The notes below the pieces were generated by a model. The model ran no database searches, had not been told where the DNA came from, and saw nothing but the letters and a program-made list of their open reading frames with translations. Below are positions 58,098 through 64,000 of a DNA stretch of 64,000 bases, piece after piece. Source of the stretch: Nitrospinales bacterium (GTDB taxonomy: Bacteria; Nitrospinota; Nitrospinia; Nitrospinales; VA-1); contig CBDCWG010000001.1 of assembly GCA_965223345.1 (NCBI GenBank), positions 32,001 through 96,000 on the forward strand, in the 5' to 3' direction. Every line of letters starts with the position of its first letter. Within the stretch, counting starts at the first letter, position 1. The translations under genes and the position numbers were made by a program.

Positions 58098-58312
58098 CGC
58101 GGAGGGAAAAAATTTTTCAGAAAATGCGTTGGCCGGGAAATTTCAGCGGGTTTCGCGGAAAATAATCAGCACAGGTATTTTCTTAGGGAAGGTGGACGCA
58201 GACAGAGAGAAGGGTTGCGCCGTTCACTTCAAGTGATGCCTGAGGGAGGGCGAAGCGTTGAAAACCCGCATCGAGCGGGTTTGGGGAAGGGTTATGCGAA
58301 GTAGCGGGCGAT

Positions 58313-58765
58313 TCAGTTGGGATTGCGGGTCATGTTGACGAGGATTTTCTCGATGTTCTTCAGCGCCTTTTTGTGTTTTTCGTCCAGCTCCAGCAGTTTC
58401 TTTTTGAGCCCGTTGTTGTCCAGCGTCAGCTGCGTGCAGGACTCGATGAGCTTGAGATTCGATTGCAGCGATTTGATCAGGTAGCTGCGGAACTTTTTCA
58501 CCATCTCGCGCAGCGAGTTTTCCCGCGACTCGCCGGGCCTGAGCGTGGGGTCCTGCGGCGATTCGTCCTTCTCGATCAGTTCCGATAATTTGTCGATTTC
58601 CAGGATGATGTTGTCCTTGAAAGACGCGTCGCCCGAATCGATGGCCTGGTATTTGGTCAAAGACAGACGCACATCCGGGGAATTGACGATGGCTTTTTCG
58701 ATCTCTTTCCACAAATGCTGCAATTCCCGGCGCTTTTGCTGCTCGAACGAGGTCTTGTCATTCAT
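58313..58765 (-). CDS. Coiled-coil hypothetical protein
   Basis: MNDKTSFEQQ...; heptad-rich C-terminus; host-like codons. Confidence 0.7.
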   Translation of the reverse strand: MNDKTSFEQQKRRELQHLWKEIEKAIVNSPDVRLSLTKYQAIDSGDASFKDNIILEIDKLSELIEKDESPQDPTLRPGESRENSLREMVKKFRSYLIKSLQSNLKLIESCTQLTLDNNGLKKKLLELDEKHKKALKNIEKILVNMTRNPN

Positions 58766-59082
58766 GCGACTGTCTGGTCCTTTGGAAGTAGAGGAGGTCC
58801 CGCCGGGCGGGGGGAGCGCCCGGCGGGAGAGGCTAAGAAGGAAGAAGCTCCGCTTCTTCGCTCTTGCAGAAAAATCAGCACTGCTTGTTTTCGGGCAAAC
58901 CCACGAGTGTTTGCCTGAACACAAAAGCAGTATAAAAATCGGGTATCACGAACGGATCAAGGCAACGTCACAGCCTTGTCAATATGGGTGTGATGCAGAA
59001 GAAGAGTTGAAAAACCGCCGCTTGCCGGGAGTGTTTGAGAAAGATTAAATGAAGAAAACGGAAAACGCGCGCGTGCAGGCGG

Positions 59083-59508
59083 TCAGGGGGAGGCGTCCGT
59101 CACGCCGTTGCCCTCGAGGATGCGGGCGGAGTCGGGGATGTCGGATGCTTTGAAGATATAGGAACCGATGCGCTGGAACACGTGCGGCGGCAGGTTTTCC
59201 AGGTACAGCACCGTGGTCCGGCCCTCGGGAGGCAGCGCCTGAACCGGTTTCAGCAGGTTGTCCAGCAGCGCACCCTGGGCATCGACGAATTGCAGATCGA
59301 CCACGAAGGACACCTTGCGGTCGCAGGCGTTGATCAGGTCGGCGTTGAGGGCGAAGTAAACCCGGCCGTATTCCTGCTTGAGGATCTTCACCGCCATGTT
59401 CTCAAACCCCACGCAATCCGAGGCGAACGCGACTGCGGAAACCCCGGTCAGGCTCACGGCCCCCCACAGGAGCAGCGCGAATGCGGTTTTTTTCAAGCGG
59501 TCGTTCAT
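59083..59508 (-). CDS. Exported hypothetical protein
   Basis: Signal peptide ending AFA; Cys pair; FVDAQG...LD segment; GAGG RBS. Confidence 0.7.
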   Translation of the reverse strand: MNDRLKKTAFALLLWGAVSLTGVSAVAFASDCVGFENMAVKILKQEYGRVYFALNADLINACDRKVSFVVDLQFVDAQGALLDNLLKPVQALPPEGRTTVLYLENLPPHVFQRIGSYIFKASDIPDSARILEGNGVTDASP

Positions 59509-59813
59509 GGCCAGCGCCTCAAAGGGTTCTCACCCTCCGGCCTGCATCCGCCATGCCACGAATGGGGTATTCAGCGGGAAAAAATTAGCGCCCCCTTTTC
59601 AGGCCCTTTACCCGGTGCGCTTTCAGGGTGCGGCAAACAGGCCGGGGCGAAGCGGTCAAACCCCTGGAAAGGGTTATAATAATTCATACATTCCCGCCTC
59701 CGGATTCCTGTAAAATATAGGAGTGGAACAAAGATCCCCTCCGCCGGGCCGGGGGATGCGCGGCCGGGAGTCTTTGCGCAGGTCACCTGAAAAAACAGCT
59801 CATGAGGTTTGCC

Positions 59814-60617
59814 ATGAATGCTCCGAGACGCAAGAGTTTTGAGGATTTTTGGGGGATCGTGGAGAAAGAGATTCACAAGCATCCGGTCATCACCGCCAAT
59901 CCCTACTGCAAGTGGTTCAAGCAGGGGGCAGCGAACCGGAAGCAACTGATCGACCTGTTCGAACAGTTCGCGGTGTTTTCCAAATGGTTTCTGCTGGCGC
60001 AGCTCATGCGCATCCTGAACGCCACCGACCTGGAAGCCGAAACCCACGCCCGCTACATCCTGGCCAACGAATTGGGAGTGGGCATCCAGAAAGACGGCTC
60101 CACCGAAGACCAGCCCTTCCACACCCGCTGGGCGCACATCAACTGGCTGCGCGACACCGCCAAACCCTTAAAGCTCGATCCCCAGCGGCTGGGAAGCTGG
60201 GAAACCGCTTCGGCCTCCACCCGCGCCTTCATCAAGGGGCTGGAGGACACCTACGGCAGCAAGGAAGGCGACATCGGCCGCGGCGCCAGCTACGCCATCG
60301 AAACCTGGGCGGCCTGGGGCATCGGCGGCAGCGAACAGGAAGAGGACAACAATTTCTGGAAAGAGCTCATCGTCGGCATCGACTTGTTCAACCAGCGGCA
60401 CGAATTGAAAGAGGGCCATGCGGTGCCGCTGAATTTTTTCCAGTTTCATTTCGAAAGCGAGAAAGGCCACGGCGACAACGTGCTGGAGGAGGTGAAGGAA
60501 GCCTTCTACCGGCCCGACTTCGACGCCAAGCGCTTCCTCAAAGGCGGCCGCAAAGCCCTGGACGCCATCCACACCTTCTGGCTCGGCCTCGACAAGGCCA
60601 GAAAGAAGCTCAATTAA
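59814..60617 (+). CDS. Heme-oxygenase-like (TenA/PqqC/CADD superfamily) putative diiron protein
   Basis: HPVI..NPY, ANELG, AHINW, AIETW, HFESEKGH (H-x3-E-x2-H); start 59802 or 59814. Confidence 0.75.
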   Translation: MNAPRRKSFEDFWGIVEKEIHKHPVITANPYCKWFKQGAANRKQLIDLFEQFAVFSKWFLLAQLMRILNATDLEAETHARYILANELGVGIQKDGSTEDQPFHTRWAHINWLRDTAKPLKLDPQRLGSWETASASTRAFIKGLEDTYGSKEGDIGRGASYAIETWAAWGIGGSEQEEDNNFWKELIVGIDLFNQRHELKEGHAVPLNFFQFHFESEKGHGDNVLEEVKEAFYRPDFDAKRFLKGGRKALDAIHTFWLGLDKARKKLN

Positions 60618-60630
60618 GACAAAACTCGGA

Positions 60631-60679
60631 CGGGATATCAGGATGAACCGTATTGCATTCTGATATCCCGCTCTTTTTT
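60631..60679 (+). terminator. Rho-independent terminator
   Basis: CGGGATATCAG...CTGATATCCCG followed by CTCTTTTTT. Confidence 0.75.
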
Positions 60680-60852
60680 AATCCCACCTCTGCATTCTTC
60701 TGCCAATCCCGCCCGCCGTCGCACTGTCAGTCATTTTCCTAGTGAGCAGTAGGAAAAAGCCTGCCCAAAAATCAGGGTTCAACCGATAGAAGGGGTTGTG
60801 CGATTTTTATACACTGGGATTCCCGAAAACCCAGGTTAGGGGACGGGCATCC

Positions 60853-61329
60853 ATGTCGCTTCCTGAACGCATAGACCACACATTCGAGCCCTTTTCAGAT
60901 CGGGAGTTCTACCGCGATCCGGATTTCATCCGTTTCAAGGCGGGCCTACTGCTGCCGCACCTGTTCGGCAACGCGCTGCAGGAAATCCCCCGGGATGAAA
61001 CCGTCCTGTACCTGAGCACGTTTGCCAGAAAGCAGTTTGAAATCCGCATTCCCGTGCGGTCTCAGGTTTCATTCCGCAATGATACCGGTTTCGCCATCCG
61101 CAACGTCTCGATTCACTCCATCCGGGCGCAGAAGGAAGTGTTTCATCTCAACACGCTGCCCCCCCAAAAAAACATCCAGCTTGAGTTCATCGAAGCAGGC
61201 CGCTATTCCATCTGCTACCTGATCGCGGGAAACCGGAAAATCGAAAGAAAAAACCTCACTCTCGTTCCCAGACCGCAGGACGACGGCTTTACGCCGCACG
61301 CCTTTTCTTCACGTTTCCAGCGCTACTAG
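60853..61329 (+). CDS. Hypothetical protein, possible cupredoxin-like fold
   Basis: VSFRND...FIEAGRYSIC pattern; copper ligands not evident. Confidence 0.5.
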   Translation: MSLPERIDHTFEPFSDREFYRDPDFIRFKAGLLLPHLFGNALQEIPRDETVLYLSTFARKQFEIRIPVRSQVSFRNDTGFAIRNVSIHSIRAQKEVFHLNTLPPQKNIQLEFIEAGRYSICYLIAGNRKIERKNLTLVPRPQDDGFTPHAFSSRFQRY

Positions 61330-61350
61330 CGAACGGCTTTGCGGGCATTC

Positions 61351-63021
61351 TCAAGCCTTCTCCTGCATGCGTCTGCCGATCTCACCCGCCAGCCGCCGCA
61401 TGCCCGGTGAGGATTCGGTCACGATCGCGTCGATCACATGCAGGGTCTTTTTGTCCTCCAGCGCCCGGCCCATCGCGTTTTCGAAATCGCCCAGCGTCTC
61501 CACCTTCACGCCTTTGCCGTAGCCGATCATCCGGCACACAGCGCTGTAGTCCCATTCCATGATGTCGTTGAACTTGCCCTCGAGGATCACGCGCTCGGTC
61601 TCGTAGCCGCGGTTGTTGATCACCAGCACGATGGGGGCGAATTCGAGTTTGCGGAAGGTGGAGAGCTCCGTGCCCGTCATCTGAAACGCGCCGTCGCCGA
61701 CCAGGATCAACGGGCGTACCTCCGGCGACGCGCAGTTGACCCCCAGCGCCGCCGGCACCGCGAAGCCCATCGTCGTGTAGAACGCCGAGGCGAAGAACGA
61801 AGTCTGGTCCGGAACCTTGAGCTCCGCCGCCGCGAACAGGCAGTCCCCAGTGTCCGCCACCACCGACACGTCCGGCGTGAGCTTGCGGTTGAGCACGGCG
61901 ATCATCGACTCCATGGTCAGCGCCTCCTTGCCATCGGTGCCGGCCGCCGGCGGCATTTCGTCGGCGGGCAGGGCGGCCCTGCCGAACTGCTTGGAAGCGC
62001 CCGCCCGCCACGCCGTGGCGAGCCCGGTGGTGAAATCTTTCAGCGTGATGCCGGAAAAGTGGTGGTGCTTGATCGCCACCTGTCCCTGCTTGGCGCGCAC
62101 CATGTTCTTGGGATCGAGCGTCGCCGTGTACATGCCGAGGTTGATGTCGGTGAACATGACCCCCAGCGTGAGCAGCATGTCGGAGGATTCGATGATCTGG
62201 CGCGTCGCTTCACCGCACACCTGTCCCTGATACACGCCCAGATACAGCGGGTGCGATTCGCGGATCACCGATTTGCCCATGATCGTCGCGGCCACCGGCA
62301 GTTGCGTCGCCTCCACAAGCTGCACCAGCTCGTTTTGAATGCCGTGCCGGTGCAGCTCCACGCCCGCGAGGATGGCCGGTTTTTCCGCCTGCAGCAGCAG
62401 GTCCATCGTTTCCGCCAGCGCTTCCTTCAGGGATTCCGCATCGCTTTCGGGTTTGCGGTCGAGCGCCGCCGCGTCTGTTTCCTGCGGAAACACTTCCTGA
62501 TCGATGAGATCGCGCGGCAGTTCCAGGTAGCCCGGTTTTTTCTGCGCCATCATGTTGCGCAGCACCCGGTCGATCTGCCGCGGCGCGAGGAACAGATCGT
62601 CGAGGGCCGCGCCGGATACGGTGAAGTTTTTAAAAATCCGCATCTGCGCTTCCGCCGAACCGAAGCTGTGATGGATGAGCGGGTTGCGTTTGCGTTCCGC
62701 CACACCCGGAGCGCCGCTGATCACCAGCACCGGCGAGGATTCCGCGTTGGCGCCGGCGATCGGGTTGACCGTGCTGAGAGCGCCCACGCCGTGCGTCACC
62801 AGCACCACGCCCATGCTCTTGGTACGGCGCGCGTAGCCGTCCGCCGCGAACCCGGCGGTGTCTTCGCGGGTGGTTCCCACGAAGGCGATGCGCCCGTCGG
62901 TCTCCAGCAGTTTGCAGAAGCTCAGGCTGAAATCCCCCGGCACCCCGAACACGTGGCGCACGCCGAGGCCGTACAGGCGGTCGATCAGATAAGAACCCAA
63001 AGTTGTTGTGGTGTCGGACAT
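61351..63021 (-). CDS. TPP-dependent alpha-keto acid decarboxylase (pyruvate/indolepyruvate decarboxylase family)
   Basis: FGVPGDF, AADGYAR, IHHS, VGDGAFQMT, NNRGYETER. Confidence 0.93.
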   Translation of the reverse strand: MSDTTTTLGSYLIDRLYGLGVRHVFGVPGDFSLSFCKLLETDGRIAFVGTTREDTAGFAADGYARRTKSMGVVLVTHGVGALSTVNPIAGANAESSPVLVISGAPGVAERKRNPLIHHSFGSAEAQMRIFKNFTVSGAALDDLFLAPRQIDRVLRNMMAQKKPGYLELPRDLIDQEVFPQETDAAALDRKPESDAESLKEALAETMDLLLQAEKPAILAGVELHRHGIQNELVQLVEATQLPVAATIMGKSVIRESHPLYLGVYQGQVCGEATRQIIESSDMLLTLGVMFTDINLGMYTATLDPKNMVRAKQGQVAIKHHHFSGITLKDFTTGLATAWRAGASKQFGRAALPADEMPPAAGTDGKEALTMESMIAVLNRKLTPDVSVVADTGDCLFAAAELKVPDQTSFFASAFYTTMGFAVPAALGVNCASPEVRPLILVGDGAFQMTGTELSTFRKLEFAPIVLVINNRGYETERVILEGKFNDIMEWDYSAVCRMIGYGKGVKVETLGDFENAMGRALEDKKTLHVIDAIVTESSPGMRRLAGEIGRRMQEKA

Positions 63022-63079
63022 GGTGCCTCCCAGGCAGGCCCGCGGCCTGCGTCATGATTCGGTTCAAGCCCGAAGCCGT

Positions 63080-64000
63080 CTATTTTTTTGTGCACGCCAC
63101 ACGCTGCGCGTGGATGGCTTCGTATTCTTTCAGGCAATCGGCGTTCGCCAGCGCGCTCGCGTTGAGCGCGGGCTTGCCGCAAAAAAGATCGCGCACGGTC
63201 AGCTCCACTTTTTTCCCGTTCAGGGTTTTGGGGATTTCCCGCACGCCGTGAATCTCGCGCGGCACATGGCGCGGCGTCGCCTCTTTGCGCAGGGCGATGC
63301 GGATTTTTTCTTTCAGCGCTTCATCCAATTGCACTCCGGCCTGCGGCACGACGAACAGGATCACGCTGATGTCGCTGTCCTCCTCGACGCCGATCACCAG
63401 GCTGTCGAGCACCTCCTCCAGGTTCTCGACGATGCGGTAGATCTCCGCCGTGCCAATGCGCACGCCGCCGGGATTGAGCGTCGCGTCGCTGCGGCCGTAG
63501 ACGATCACGCCGCCGTGGTCGTTGATCTCGATGAAATCCCCGTGAATCCACACGCCCGGCACCCGCTCGAAATACGCCTGCCTGTACGCTTCGTCCTGCG
63601 GGTCGTTCCAGAAACCCACCGGCATCGAGGGCGCGGGCTTGCGGCAGGCCAGCTCCCCCTTGCGGTTTTTCACCGGCTTGCCTTTTCTATCCAGCGCCAC
63701 CACGTCCATGCCGAGGCCGAGGCACTGGATCTCGCCCGCGCGCACCGGCAGGATGGGGTTGCCCAGCATGAAGCAGGAGAGGATGTCGGTGCCGCCGCTG
63801 ATCGAGGAAAGCTGCACATTGGACTTCACGTTTTTGTACACCCAGCGGAAACTCTCCGCATCCAGCGGTGCGCCGGTGGAGAGGATCGTTTGCAGACTTT
63901 TAAAGCGGCTTTTGCCCTTGGGGACGATCTGTTGTTTCTGGTTTTGTGCGAGAAATTTCGGGCTGGTGCCGAACACCGTGATCTCCGCTTCGTCGATCAG
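63080..64000 (-). CDS. Acetoacetate-CoA ligase, 3' part (5' end outside the window)
   Basis: FGTSPKF, SISGGTDI, WIHGD, GRSDATLNPGGVRIGTAEIY, GKKVE, SALAN. Confidence 0.92.
   Translation of the reverse strand: MIDEAEITVFGTSPKFLAQNQKQQIVPKGKSRFKSLQTILSTGAPLDAESFRWVYKNVKSNVQLSSISGGTDILSCFMLGNPILPVRAGEIQCLGLGMDVVALDRKGKPVKNRKGELACRKPAPSMPVGFWNDPQDEAYRQAYFERVPGVWIHGDFIEINDHGGVIVYGRSDATLNPGGVRIGTAEIYRIVENLEEVLDSLVIGVEEDSDISVILFVVPQAGVQLDEALKEKIRIALRKEATPRHVPREIHGVREIPKTLNGKKVELTVRDLFCGKPALNASALANADCLKEYEAIHAQRVACTKK

Overview
GC-rich bacterial chromosome segment from a Gram-negative organism; the gene content is reminiscent of Nitrospinota/deltaproteobacteria-like lineages, but that is an unverified impression. 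Bases 1-31 kb form a patchwork surface-glycan locus: many GT2/GT4 glycosyltransferases, rmlBAD, a WecA-like initiator, an aminosugar trio, GME- and RfbE-like epimerases, a carbamoyltransferase, two B12-binding radical SAM enzymes, a TPP E1-alpha subunit and two GT-C/TPR membrane proteins. Bases 31-40 kb are housekeeping-type genes (FGE-fold protein, acyl-CoA ligase, RlmI-like methyltransferase, RND pump, arsC). The most striking feature is at 40.46-43.81 kb: two tandem, integrase-less mini-islands with shared arms but different cargo (hemerythrin; CBS protein plus a bactofilin-like membrane protein). They are inserted into the 3' end of a RluA-family gene, whose displaced older C-terminus is still readable, and each cargo is bracketed by 24-bp imperfect palindromic boxes like gene cassettes. 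Downstream lie tRNA-Ala(GGC), accessory genes, a TM1410-like pseudogene fragment, unannotated small ORFs, ino1 with a heavily base-paired leader (candidate cis-regulatory RNA), an ECF sigma operon headed by an 11-aa-repeat protein with a visible ECF promoter, a heme-oxygenase-like diiron protein, a keto-acid decarboxylase and a partial acetoacetate-CoA ligase. All calls were made by eye, with no database searches; several start codons were moved from the ORF track using RBS or overlap evidence.
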